NCBI GenBank assembly: GCA_937625935.1
Contig: OW569350.1
Coordinates: 62,001 to 126,000, forward strand
Length of the DNA: 64,000 nt
Reading direction: 5' to 3'
Origin: Tetramitus jugosus
Taxonomy: Eukaryota; Protista; Heterolobosea
In this document: positions 1 through 11,400 of the stretch, one piece after another
How positions within the stretch are numbered: position 1 is the first letter of the stretch
Layout: the number at the start of each line of letters is the position of its first letter
Notes under the pieces: model-generated
What the model was told of the DNA's origin: nothing
What the model saw: only the letters and a program-made list of their open reading frames with translations
The model's database searches: none
Made by a program: the position numbers and the translations under genes

Positions 1-584
1 CACGATTGATGAAGGCTCTCGTGACCATGTCTACGGATCCCGAGAGAAACGTACGAATAAGCGCTATTCAGGGATTGGGTCGCCTAGCATTGAATATCTC
101 TGCTCAGGGCGACTTGGATCGATTAGGTCTGCAGTTTGACAACTTTTTCGCCTCTCCAGATTATGAGATTCGGTATGAAGCACTGAAAATCTACTCGCAG
201 ATTATTCCAAAGGTTGAGACTTATTTCCGAGATCAATACATACTTAAAAAGTTGGTTAAGGTGGGCTCTGAAAACAATTTGAAGAGTGACCAGAGTGATA
301 GAAAGAGAACTGCTCTACTGTTGTTTGATTGCTACAGAGCACTCAACGGTTGTGTCCTGACCAGGGATGCCGTTTCTAAGTACATTATCGGTGGTCTGGA
401 GATGCTCGAAAGAGATTGCCACTTGCTAAACGACTCCACTCACAAGACCGTCAATGACATGATCAGAGATATGAAGCGAGGTCTCGATCCAAACTATGGC
501 AACGAACCAAAACCAAACAACACTACCACAGACCCTAACAACAGACTGAAACAAATTTTCACACTCGGATTGGGAGGTAAATAA
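1..584 (+). CDS. C-terminal part of a HEAT-repeat protein, RELCH/KIAA1468-like (5' end outside window)
   Basis: ALVTMSTDPERNVRISAI...FRDQYIL...LLFDCYRAL...GLEML resembles the C-terminal HEAT region of RELCH as recalled (ALVTLSSDPE.SVRIA.I...FRDEFVI...LFEAYSAL...GLRCL). The frame is open from the window edge. Confidence 0.65.
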   Translation, partial: RLMKALVTMSTDPERNVRISAIQGLGRLALNISAQGDLDRLGLQFDNFFASPDYEIRYEALKIYSQIIPKVETYFRDQYILKKLVKVGSENNLKSDQSDRKRTALLLFDCYRALNGCVLTRDAVSKYIIGGLEMLERDCHLLNDSTHKTVNDMIRDMKRGLDPNYGNEPKPNNTTTDPNNRLKQIFTLGLGGK

Positions 585-779
585 TCAGTAGATGCTAGTC
601 GCGTCAACCGTGTAAAAGTTACAAAAATTTATCTGTTCTTTATCTCGCAAAAATAGAACCCTAAAGTCTGGATACAATAAATACTATCCGGGTACCCAGT
701 GCGACAAGATCTTTAAAGCTTTCCTTCACTCACATACCCTAAAACCAAAGCACTCTGGCTGTCCAATTGAATTGAAAAC

Positions 780-1673
780 ATGAAACAATTATCTCAAAAC
801 TTGACAAACGAGGCGATGCGACAAGTCAAGTCCCTTCCTCCAAGCATGACCAATGATATAATGTGCGGAGTAAGAGGATTCTGGATTGCAGCATCGAGCA
901 TGTACAAGAATGTGATGAGTGATAGCCCTGCGCATACACGTGTTCGAGCTCAACTAAAGAATTATGTTCGAGGAACATTGCCTCTCATTCTCACCATGTA
1001 CGGCCTACTCATTGCTCTCTGTATCGCAATGTTCCCAGTGTTCCTGGGAATGTTGCTCATCACTCCTGGAATTGCTTGGTCTCTGTTTGCTACGATTCCC
1101 CTGTGGTCGCTCAACATTTACAAGCGACTTCATCCAAAGGACTCTGGTAACTTGTTCATTGAGGAATTGAAGACTGTGAATCCTTCATTGGCCAAGCAAA
1201 TGTCAGATCGAATCGCTGCTCCGTTTAATGAACTACCCAGTAGTCGACGCAAACCATTCTTCCTGGTGCGCTTGTACCATGCCCTTCGAACCAGTTTGAA
1301 GCGATCATCTCACTTTACAAGTTGGTCATTCATGCTCTTCCTCATCAGCTTTATACCCATCGTGGGCAGCATCGTTACAGTGATTGGTCAGACTTACTTG
1401 GTCAGTGAGAGTCTTGGTGCTCAGTTGATGGAAGTGTACACAAAGGACTATCAGAGATGGGATCACAGTAAGAGAGAGGAGTGGCGCAAGGATCACAGAT
1501 GGGAGCTCTTTGGATTCTCTCTGCCGTTTACACTATTGTTGTCCGTTCCGTTCGTTGGACCATTTCTGCTCGCGTTTGCACAAGCCGGAGCTGCAGATCT
1601 ATTCCAGCAAGTTATTATCAAGCGAGACCAAGAGAAACAAGCCAGAGAGTACGTTCAGCAAAGCAATCCTTAG
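780..1673 (+). CDS. EI24/CysZ-like multi-pass membrane protein
   Basis: 297-aa ORF with hydrophobic blocks. The ISFIPIVG...LFGFSLPFTLLLSVPFVGPFLLAFAQAGAA pattern is typical of the EI24 family. Confidence 0.65.
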   Translation: MKQLSQNLTNEAMRQVKSLPPSMTNDIMCGVRGFWIAASSMYKNVMSDSPAHTRVRAQLKNYVRGTLPLILTMYGLLIALCIAMFPVFLGMLLITPGIAWSLFATIPLWSLNIYKRLHPKDSGNLFIEELKTVNPSLAKQMSDRIAAPFNELPSSRRKPFFLVRLYHALRTSLKRSSHFTSWSFMLFLISFIPIVGSIVTVIGQTYLVSESLGAQLMEVYTKDYQRWDHSKREEWRKDHRWELFGFSLPFTLLLSVPFVGPFLLAFAQAGAADLFQQVIIKRDQEKQAREYVQQSNP

Positions 1674-1724
1674 GATTAATAATTGCGATGGCGTAATAAA
1701 ACTTCCCACCGAAATTCAAAACTT

Positions 1725-1806
1725 TGCATGCGGTGAGATTTGAACTCACGCATCCGGAGATATCCGAACTTGAGTCGGACGCCTTAGACCACTCGGCCAC
1801 GCATGC
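1725..1806 (-). tRNA. tRNA-Leu(CAA), intronless
   Basis: The reverse complement folds as a cloverleaf: acceptor GCATGCG/CGCATGC+A, D arm TGGCCGAGTGGTCTAAGGC, anticodon arm TCCGA-CT CAA GT-TCGGA, long variable arm, T arm GTGAG-TTCAAAT-CTCAC. A T4 run lies just downstream. Confidence 0.95.
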
Positions 1807-2041
1807 TGGATATTTGTGATATTCTCATTTTCGTATTTTTATTAAAAGTATTCAAAAAATTTTGTGTCTGTGTCGTTGTTGCAACTGTCGTCCAAAGAGC
1901 GAAGATTGTCTTCATTGACTTCTCTCCTTGCACATCACCACTATCAAAATGAAACGAACTGGCAACAGATGGAGTTTAACATTAATGTTAAAACTCCGTG
2001 TGTGAAAATTCCACAACCAAAAATCATCCGCCAAAACAAAA

Positions 2042-2683
2042 ATGAATGGCCATCCCAACAATGAACCACAGCAACAACACTATCAATCACCCAACAGAAT
2101 AGTAGTAGCCACCCAACAACAGAATCAAAATAATAACCATCATGAACAACAACAACAATTTAGATCACTGACAGAAACTCCACTCCAGCGGTTCCAAGAC
2201 TACAACCCAGACTACCTCCAACAACAAATGACATTTGTCAAATATGCCAACAAGGTTGGAGAAAGTTGTTTTACCAAAATGGTCATGGCCACCGTGGGTG
2301 GTTCAGTTCTCGGTGTAGCATCAGGCATCTTCCTCACGGCTCTCGAGTCTGGTGGAGGTCCATCTGCTTACAATGTGCCTCAACCAGAACTCAAAAATCC
2401 TTCGCAATACAAGGCAATTAATGTGTTGAAACAGACGGGAGTTCAAATGTGGGATCGGTCCAAATTTTATAGCAAGAGTTTTGCGCTCGTCGGTGGCATT
2501 TATTCCACTTTTGATTGTGCTGTGGAAAAGTATAGAGGAAAGCATGATCGGATGAATTCATTGTACGCTGGATGTATGAGTGGTAGTGTTTTGGCGTACA
2601 ATACGGGACCAAAGGGCATATTGATTGGTTGTGCTGGATTTGCTGCATTTTCAGTTGTGATTGATTCGGTTATGGGTCACTAG
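2042..2683 (+). CDS. TIM22: Mitochondrial inner membrane translocase Tim22 (Tim17/22/23 family)
   Basis: ESC..K.VMA.VGG..LG...G.F and KSFALVGGIYSTFDCAVEKYRGKHD..NS..AGC.SG...GCAGFAAFS..ID motifs, with a Q/N-rich N-terminal extension. Confidence 0.85.
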   Translation: MNGHPNNEPQQQHYQSPNRIVVATQQQNQNNNHHEQQQQFRSLTETPLQRFQDYNPDYLQQQMTFVKYANKVGESCFTKMVMATVGGSVLGVASGIFLTALESGGGPSAYNVPQPELKNPSQYKAINVLKQTGVQMWDRSKFYSKSFALVGGIYSTFDCAVEKYRGKHDRMNSLYAGCMSGSVLAYNTGPKGILIGCAGFAAFSVVIDSVMGH

Positions 2684-2845
2684 CCAATGAGAGATCAAAA
2701 CTAATGTGTGTCTGTGTGTGTAGTGCGAACAACAAACAATTGAGTGACCATTGCCCAACATTTTAGATAATCATGGTTGGACTCGATTTAGCACACTGGT
2801 GCGAAGAAGAACTGATTGATTCTATGAATAAAGTGTTTAGGTCAT

Positions 2846-5800
2846 TTACTTTTGCTTAATGAGAGAGACAAGGAACTTGATGCCCTTGATAAAGTCCTTG
2901 GATTGTTCCCAATGCTCCTTCGTTATCTTTTGTACAACATTGTTAGCGTGCTTAATGTCGTTGTTATCGATGGCGTTGGCCAGTGCAGCCAGATCATGTC
3001 CCAAACCAACACCAATTCGTCCCTCATTCATCAGCTTGGACAAGGCACTCAGACCGTTCTCGATCATACGCTTCTTGGTCTTGTCTACAGCTGATACCTC
3101 TCCAGAGAAGATCTTTTCTGATGAAGCCTGCAGAGTGTTGAATGCATTGGACAGATCAACATCTGACACTGGTGTGCCACTGCTGGATGGTGATGAAACT
3201 GACTCAGCTTTCTCAGATACACTGGTTGTTGGAGGCTCACTGATTGGAGGCTGAGAGACTGGTGGTGGTGAAATTGGATTCATTGGTGGCTGAGTGAAAG
3301 TAGGTGTTCCCACGGAACCTGTGGTTGGAGGTGCGCCGAATGATGGCATTCCAAATTGTTGGCTTGGTTGAGGAGAGAAACTTGGCTGCATAAATCCTCC
3401 TGATGTAGTTGGTGGTGGCAGCTGTTGTTGTGACACTTGTTGAATTGGTTGTCTGAATCCAGTTGGAGGAGCACTTGCCGAGTATGGAACATTCATGCCA
3501 CTCATTGGAGAAACACCAGATACTGCAGGTTGGTTTGTAGGTGGAGGTCCCATTGTTGGTACATTCGTCATAGCAGGAGCGGAGCCATAAGGGGCGTTCA
3601 TAGGAGGGAATCCTGTATTTGTGTGTTGTGGTGGCACACCCATTGGCACAGATGAAATTGGTTGGACAAAAGTGCCTGTTGGTTGAATAGGTCGCAATCC
3701 ACTAACAGTTGCTGAAGTAGGTGGAGGAGCACGACCAGTTTGTGGACCAACCTGTCTTGGTTGTTGTTGCTTTGCCAACTCCTTGATCTGGAATGGAGGT
3801 CTAGGAGAAGGACCAAATGGTTGAGACAGTGAATTGTAGATTCTGTATCTGAGAGCAGCAGTTTCTTCTGATTCAGTAACGACACCCATGTTCAAATAGT
3901 GAAGAGCAACAGGTAGCAGATTTGATCCTTGCAATGACAAAATTTGTGCATATTGAGCATAGAATCTTGCAAGTTCAGGTTGAGATTGGATCAATGATTC
4001 GTCATTGGTGTTTGTTGCAATCTTGAAAATGGTTACCTTTTCAATCAGAGACAACAGGTCTTCGCGAGGCAATGGTGCAACAGTTTCTTCTGCTTCTTCC
4101 TCTTCGTCTTCGTTCTTTGGAGGAACAACACTGGATACCCAGATAGATACAGTCTTTTCTACATTACCAGACAACATGTAGCACAAGGTAGCAGCGCTAA
4201 TGTCATTCTTTTCGTCCTCTAATCTAATGGCTAATCGGTTGCACAAATTCTTGAACAAAGTGCTGTCTTGGCATGATGCAATAACTGATAGTGCATCCTT
4301 CCAATTGTCCAAATCAGCTTCATCAACAACATTATCGAATTTGTTGTTAAGCATCGATGCAACAATCTTCATGTCCTTACGGTCTTGAAGGGAGAAATAA
4401 GTTTGTCTTGTCTTCTCCCACAAATCAGCACCACCGCAGGTAGAGAGAATCAAAGCATCAGCCAATCTTCCAGCAGCAATAGCAATATTGACAGCATCCT
4501 CATAGTTTTGAACAAGAACGGACTTGCGAATCAATTCGTCAACACTTGATGTATCCAAATCAATCTTGCTAGTAATATGCGCATCGCTCACAGTTCCGTC
4601 CTCAAGTGGTTCAGCAGATAATTTTTCTTGAACTTGCTCACTGACGACATTCTTGTCCAAACCAAGATACTTCAACAAAGTAGAAGATCGATCAGATGCG
4701 AATAGCACCTTCATCACGCTCCAAACGTCGCTATCGGTTCGCGCCTTCTTTTCACAGTACTCTTCCAATTGCTTACTCTTCTGAGCGTTCTCCAGTTCGA
4801 GAGCTCTTTCTGATGTCTCTGGTTCAGAACCGACACTGTACACAGTCACAGTCTTACCAGTCTTTGCATCCTTACCGAATGTGACAAGTCGACCACCAAA
4901 ACCAAAAACAGCTCCAGCTGGTCTTTGCAACCATTTTGGAGCAGTCTTGAAGACATTCTTTTGAATGACAGGCTTGGATTCAAGACCGAGAGCATCACGA
5001 GCATACTCGCCAACATCAGCAGTTGCACTGGAATCCTGGAGTGAAATGATCGAAATCTTTCCATCGTAGGAGCTAGTAGACAAGATGGATGGTCTCTTGG
5101 ACCACTGAACATCATACATCCAATTGTTGGATGTTGGGAGTTCACCCAGAACCTCACCAGAGTTTGGATTCCAGATCAATGTTCTGTTATCCTTACCACA
5201 TGAAACCAACAGATTACTATCATCTGGGCACCATGAAACAGATAAGATACCCTTGGTGTGACCAACATATTCTCTGACTGGAGCATAAGCCTTTCTCAAG
5301 TCCCACAATTCAATGACTGGAGTATTGTCATCCTCTGAGGCCGTAACCAACTGAGTGGAGAGCTCTGGGTTCCATGCGAGTGATGAGTATCGCTTCTTAC
5401 TCTGAGAGTTGGTAAATGGTACAATTGGTCGCTTTTGCTTCAAATCCCAGACAACAGAGGTACCATTGTAGGATGTTGTTGCCAAAATCTATTCAGTGAC
5501 AATGATGGAACGAAAATGAACATGTCTGGGGTTAGTGACTGATCCCGGGATGAAAAAAAAACACGAACGGGAGGTAAAAAATTCTTGGTACATACATATT
5601 CGTAGACTCTATTCCATGCCAATGCACTAATGGATTGGTTTTGATGAGGATTCTTACCTCCTAATGTTACAGGAGTAGGGGCAGAAGGGTTCTTCAAATT
5701 CCAAATGTACAACTATATATCGAGTTTCAAAAATTGGCAAAAAAACAAGGAACAAATGTGTGTTAATGATGACCATTCTCGCACTTGCATGAAGAAGAAA

Positions 5801-6364
5801 AATGTACGTACGTTTGAGTCCTCACCAGCAGATGCCAACAAATTGGTTTGAGAGGGATTGAATTCGAGTCCCTTGACAGAACCAGTGTGTTTCTCAAGAG
5901 TTGACACGATAGCATTGGTAGATCTAAAAAAAAGTAGTCAAAAGAAGAAGAAAAAAATGTTTTGTGTGAGGTGAGTGTCACAGTCAAAGATATTGTTTTG
6001 CAAGAGATATGTATACATACTCTTCACCTTGATTTCCAACAATTTTCGATGCATCGTACAGGGCAATGGAACCATCGATCATAGAACCAGCAATAATACC
6101 CAACTCGTAATCAGAGTTTGGTCTACCCCATGCCAATCGATCAAATCGATCAGCAAGTGTCACCTTACCAATCAGTGTGTCTTCAGTGTCGCTAATTGAT
6201 TTGTGTGTGCAAGATGCAGGATCAGTTGTGAAAATTTCCAACTTTAGCTCTGATGAAAAATCTTCGAGAGAACCAGCAATACTGCCAGCGGCTATATAGT
6301 TGGAGTAGGCAGGAAGAGGACACCAAGTTGTGACGGCTGTTCTTGAAATTTCATTCAATTTCAT
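2846..6364 (-). CDS. SEC31: COPII coat protein Sec31, 4 exons
   Basis: Starts MKLNEISRTA; has WD40 repeats, the APKWLQRPAGAVFGFGGRLV hallmark, a Pro-rich linker and a helical C-terminus. GT-AG introns at 5924-6020, 5713-5811 and 5489-5595 join the frames cleanly. Confidence 0.95.
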
Positions 6365-6822
6365 CTTTTTGGTGTGTTGATTGAAAAAAAGTAAGATTGA
6401 AGAATCAGGTGGGATAAGAGTGCTGCTTCGCTAGCTGATGATTTGATTGTGTTTTGTGTTGTGTGTTCTTCTTGGACGATGACGAAAAAAGTTTTTTCTC
6501 CTACTGGCTGATCCCGCCTCGATTGTGTATTTTTGGAATCGAAAAGCAATGTATTGTTCGACACACGCGTTCAGTTTGACGTCAAAGTGAGACCTCTGAT
6601 AAGATTGGGTGTGGAAAACAAGAACCCAATGGTACCACCGTTGTCCTATCTTCACGGCCGAATGACATTTGGCCATTGAACCACGTCACAGGAATCGGAG
6701 AAAATAAAAAATACCTTTACAAAAGATCAGAACTTCACTTTTTCCAAAGAAGTTGCAATCAATTCGAGCATTCGTGCACAAAACGGAAAAAACTAAATCA
6801 ATCAGATTAGCGAAAATCAACA

Positions 6823-8265
6823 ATGTATGGCAGTAGTAGTCACACGAGCAATGCATCAGGCAGTCAGTTTGCAAATTCACAAACCTTATGGATCGGAGAC
6901 CTGGAGCCCTATATGGACGAAGACTTTGTAAGACGATTATTCGGTGCAGACGTTCAACCGTATCTGGTCGCAGTGAAACTGATCAAGAAGGATGGTCGAT
7001 TTGCTGGTTATGGATTTTTAGATTTCAGTAGTCGAGAAGCAGCACAACAAGTTTTGAACAATTACAGTGGAAGACCGATTGCCCTTGCTCCGAACAAGGT
7101 GTATCGATTGAACTGGGCCAGTGGTCACATTACAGGTGGAACTGGACAAGCAGCGAAACAACTTGCAGGGAATACCGGGGGAGAATTGTACTCTGTTTTT
7201 GTTGGTGATTTGTCTTCGGATGTGACGGATTATGTGCTATTGTCTGCATTCCAACAGAGATATGCATCTGTCAAGGGAGCAAAGGTCATCATGGACAACA
7301 ACACACAGCAGAGCAAAGGATTTGGATTCGTCAAATTTTCAGAAGAAAATGATATGATGAGAGCAATGGAGGAGATGACTGGCCAGTTCATTGGCAGTCG
7401 ACCTGTCAAGGTTGCTCCTGCTTCCAACAGCAAGAAGCCAAGTGGACCAATGGGCGGTTATGGAGGTGCATCGACTTCTTCCTCATCGTACGGATCAAGT
7501 TCAATGAATAGTGGTGGATACTCACAGTACGGTGGCGGCGGTGGTTCATATCATCAACCATCGTCGGGTCATTCAATGTCACATCGTCAACAAGATGCTG
7601 ACGGAGGCAATACGACAATCTATGTTGGTAATTTAGATGGTAACACTACTGATGAGAATGTTCTGAGACACACTTTTTCGATATATGGACCCATATTGTC
7701 CGTTAAGATTCCTTCGAACAATCGTCACTGTGGATTTGTACAATTTGCTGATCGATCTCAGGCAGAGAGGGCAATGATGGAAATGAATGGCGCCAGAATA
7801 CAGGGAAATGTTGTTCGGGTCAGTTGGGGAAAACAAGGGAGCAAGAAACCTCAACAGTCGCAGCATCCATACCAGCAGCAGCAGCAACAACAACAATACC
7901 AAAGCTATCCAACAACATCCATGATGCCTACGACTGGTGCCTATTCTGTATCTCCTGTACCTGTTCAAGCACAAGCACCTTCTCCAGCACCACAAGTCAC
8001 CACTCCTCAGCAATCACAGCAACAACAGTATGCTGCCTATATGCAGTGGCAACAACAAATGTTGGCTTATAACCAAATGCAACCTCAAACTACTCAAGAG
8101 TCCACAGCAGAACCAAACCAACAATCTGTGATATCAGAGTATCAAGATAGCTTACCGTCAGACTATTTCACGAAGCCTTTTAACGTGGAAAACGATAACG
8201 CAAATTTTATTCAGCATTATGGTGCCGTATTCACAAGTAGCTCTCTCGTTTTGGAATACACATGA
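6823..8265 (+). CDS. Triple-RRM RNA-binding protein (NAM8/RBP45-47/SECp43-like)
   Basis: Three RRMs (TLWIGDLEPYMDE...GYGFLDF...YRLNWA; SVFVGDL...SKGFGFVKF; TIYVGNL...CGFVQF...VRVSWG) and a Q-rich tail. Confidence 0.9.
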   Translation: MYGSSSHTSNASGSQFANSQTLWIGDLEPYMDEDFVRRLFGADVQPYLVAVKLIKKDGRFAGYGFLDFSSREAAQQVLNNYSGRPIALAPNKVYRLNWASGHITGGTGQAAKQLAGNTGGELYSVFVGDLSSDVTDYVLLSAFQQRYASVKGAKVIMDNNTQQSKGFGFVKFSEENDMMRAMEEMTGQFIGSRPVKVAPASNSKKPSGPMGGYGGASTSSSSYGSSSMNSGGYSQYGGGGGSYHQPSSGHSMSHRQQDADGGNTTIYVGNLDGNTTDENVLRHTFSIYGPILSVKIPSNNRHCGFVQFADRSQAERAMMEMNGARIQGNVVRVSWGKQGSKKPQQSQHPYQQQQQQQQYQSYPTTSMMPTTGAYSVSPVPVQAQAPSPAPQVTTPQQSQQQQYAAYMQWQQQMLAYNQMQPQTTQESTAEPNQQSVISEYQDSLPSDYFTKPFNVENDNANFIQHYGAVFTSSSLVLEYT

Positions 8266-8480
8266 TGATTGTGAGGAATATTTCACGAAACCTCGCGGCA
8301 CTTCCCAGATTCATGGTGTGAAAGACGGATGGTACACTCGGAAAGGCTCCATTGGTCAATGATGAGGTAAGTACCTTGTTACTGTCCTGAATAAATTTTA
8401 TTACATCAGAAATATAATGAGATCAGTGCAGACATTTGGCGCCAAAAACGACCAGAGCGGTAAAAGCTACGAGAATCAAC

Positions 8481-11400
8481 ATGAGGAAAACACAGAATTC
8501 AATGACATCTTTTGAAAGATCGAGAGGAGTGAGAACAAGTAGTATGAATGACTCAATTGATGCAGGTTATTTTGTCGCCAATGAGCAAAATATTACTGAC
8601 TTGGACTCGAAGGATCATCATATGGTAGATGACGAATTTGAAATGGAGGACGACAAGCGTCGAATTATTCAACAACTGACAGAAAAGTATTCAGATTTTG
8701 ATTCCTTAAAAACTCAGGATCCTATGACATCTCTCTCTGAGATTCTTTTAGAGTTTGAACTTGAAAAGATGTTGAAACAGAAGAGATCACTTATTCAACA
8801 GAGAGCATCTCAACATTTGAACATGAATGTTAAGCAATCTATTTCATCTATCAATGATATGGACTGTGATTACAAAGAGTACCGTAAGAGGAGGATGTCC
8901 GAGATTGATAACATTACTGAAAGGCCGCAGGTCAAATTTCCTCGTAGTAAATGTAAACGAAACGAGCAGGAGGTATAGACAAAAGATATTTTAAGGATAA
9001 TTTTCTCTAGCTTTGTTTCTAACTTCATACTTTCCTTTAGGTTGCTTTAGCAGTCGAGAAACGAAACTCTAAACAATCAGTGACCAACTTGATCAAGGAT
9101 CATTATGATACCTGGTTGAAAAACCTAAGGTTAAAGAAATACAAGCTTATGCACCGGTGGCAGAGATTTAATCATAGGATAGAATCAATAGAAAAAACCG
9201 AGGAAGTATATCATTCTCGATTGAATAGAATCGACAAATATATGGACTTTGGAATTAAGAGGAAGGCAGGACTTGAGAAAGTGCCTCAAGGAGTTCAAAG
9301 CAAAATCAATACACTGGAGGAACAGGATTTTCAAATTTATCTGCGTACCACGGTTATGGATTTCAACAATACGAGAAGATTAGATATGTTCTTCAAGAAA
9401 GTTCAGTGGATATCCTTCTCTGAGCGACAGAACTTGTTTCATCGGGCAGTATGTATCACTATTCTTTTTGATTCAATATGTCAAATTTACTCATTGTCAT
9501 CCCATAAAGTTCGATTCGATTCCTAGCCAGGATCAAGGATGCCCAACAATGACTCTTTCTTTAATTGAAGTAGAGAGTCAGTTAGAAGAATTGAAACATT
9601 GTTTTGATTTAACACAAGCTTATGATGACAATGGACAAGAATTTTTGTTTAGAGTGAGCAAACGGTTTTCGGCAGTATTCAATGCCCAGACCGAATCTTG
9701 GAACTTTTCACCATATCCCTTTATTGATTCGAAAAATCAGAATAGTGTTCATTCACATGAACGATTATCAACAATGATCGATGGGGAAGGAAATGTTGTA
9801 AACTCAAATTCAGGAACGGAGGTAATTTACTTAAAACCTGAAACCTGGATCAATCACATCCGGATAAACCCAAGAATACCGACTTGGCAAGACCAACAGA
9901 CAGTCTTCTTGAGGAGCATGAGTGAAATCGACGTAAGCTTGAGTGTTGAAGCCGCATTTTTGCAGTCATCGGACTTGTTATATGCAACCAAACGGTTAAA
10001 AGAGCAAGCCGAGTCTCATCCTCAAAGAGCCCTGGTCAAGAAGATGTACGATAATGACAATGGGATTGACATGGAAGAATTCGAGATAGAGGGCGGTAAA
10101 ATTACTAGTAACAAGTTGTCTGCTGTACATTTGTTGAGGTACATCAGGATTCGAGAATTTAGAAGAAAGTTGCTCGATATCATGAATTATTTCAGATCTG
10201 TTGAGCGAAGGTTAACTATGGACTCATATGGTACATCTCACCAAGAACATGACGCATCATTCATCAAGCAATTTTTTATGGATCCCACCGATTTGAAGAT
10301 CCACACGAACAGTACAGGGAATTTCGAAGTGAATCGAGATGATGTCTATTATTTGAATAATAAGAAAGATCTTATTATCATGGATTCGTTTAATATGAAT
10401 ATAATGTATGATATTTCTTTACAAGACTTACAACAACTAGAAGATCGTTTGTTAAGGATCGGTACACATTTTATTTCAAAGAATATCGATTCCAAGAGAG
10501 AGGAGGTACAGATTGACAGAACGTTAGTACTAGAGGATTTATATGAGAGCGAAACTTGGTTCCAAGACAGTAAGAGGAAGTTAGTAGATTGTTATTTAGA
10601 AGCGTATGAGCATTGTCAAGATTTTGAAGATCAAGCGAAACTTGGACAAATCATTGTTGACATCATACATAGTCAACCAAACGTGGACTTCAATTCCTTC
10701 TATTTCTCAGAGAGCTATGCATCTGAAATTATCTCATTGGAACTTTTAGTCAGTTTGCTGAAGGATATCACCAAATTTCAAATGAGAGAAGAAAGGTTGT
10801 ATGTCAAGGACGTTTTAAACAATCAAACCATGAAGCCTCAGGAGAGGATGAGCGATCCAGGATTGCCCGACGAATTCCAACCGGCGAGCGATAATCAATT
10901 GATTCGAATTTTCCCGGGATGCGTCCCAGTTGCACCTTTAGATTTCTACTCCTCTCTCTCTCACTTGAGTCACTTACACGAGTTAATACAAGAGTCTGTT
11001 AAGGAGATAGTGGATAGTTTTCATATTGAGAATTCCATTTCTATCGCCTCTTTGAGGCGCACTATCATTCAACAAGCCATTGTTGAATGGAAGTTGTTAA
11101 CAAAGGAGGAGAAAATACATAAGGACCTCAGACTGAAAATGGAAGATTCAAGGGCAAACATAGAGGAAATGGTACTACTAGAACATCCGGATAACTTTCT
11201 TCATCTGTTGTGCGATGTTATATCTGACGAAGAAAAACTCGGGAATGGGAGTAGTTCATTGCACCTCGGGCGGGAGGATCCAACATTAACAGAGGGGGGA
11301 TTTGATATTACTCAAAAAGATTCCATTTCATGTCAGGTCTATTCAAATGCAATCGAACTTTTGTTAATATGGAAGAATCTAATAGATCAACTATATGAAA

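Noticed and set aside
8262-8390. Possible box C/D snoRNA (ATGATGA ... CTGA) or Sec read-through after the RRM gene
   Set aside because: The first box overlaps the stop codon, and no terminal stem or rRNA guide could be verified. Multiple TGA stops follow and no SECIS is recognisable.
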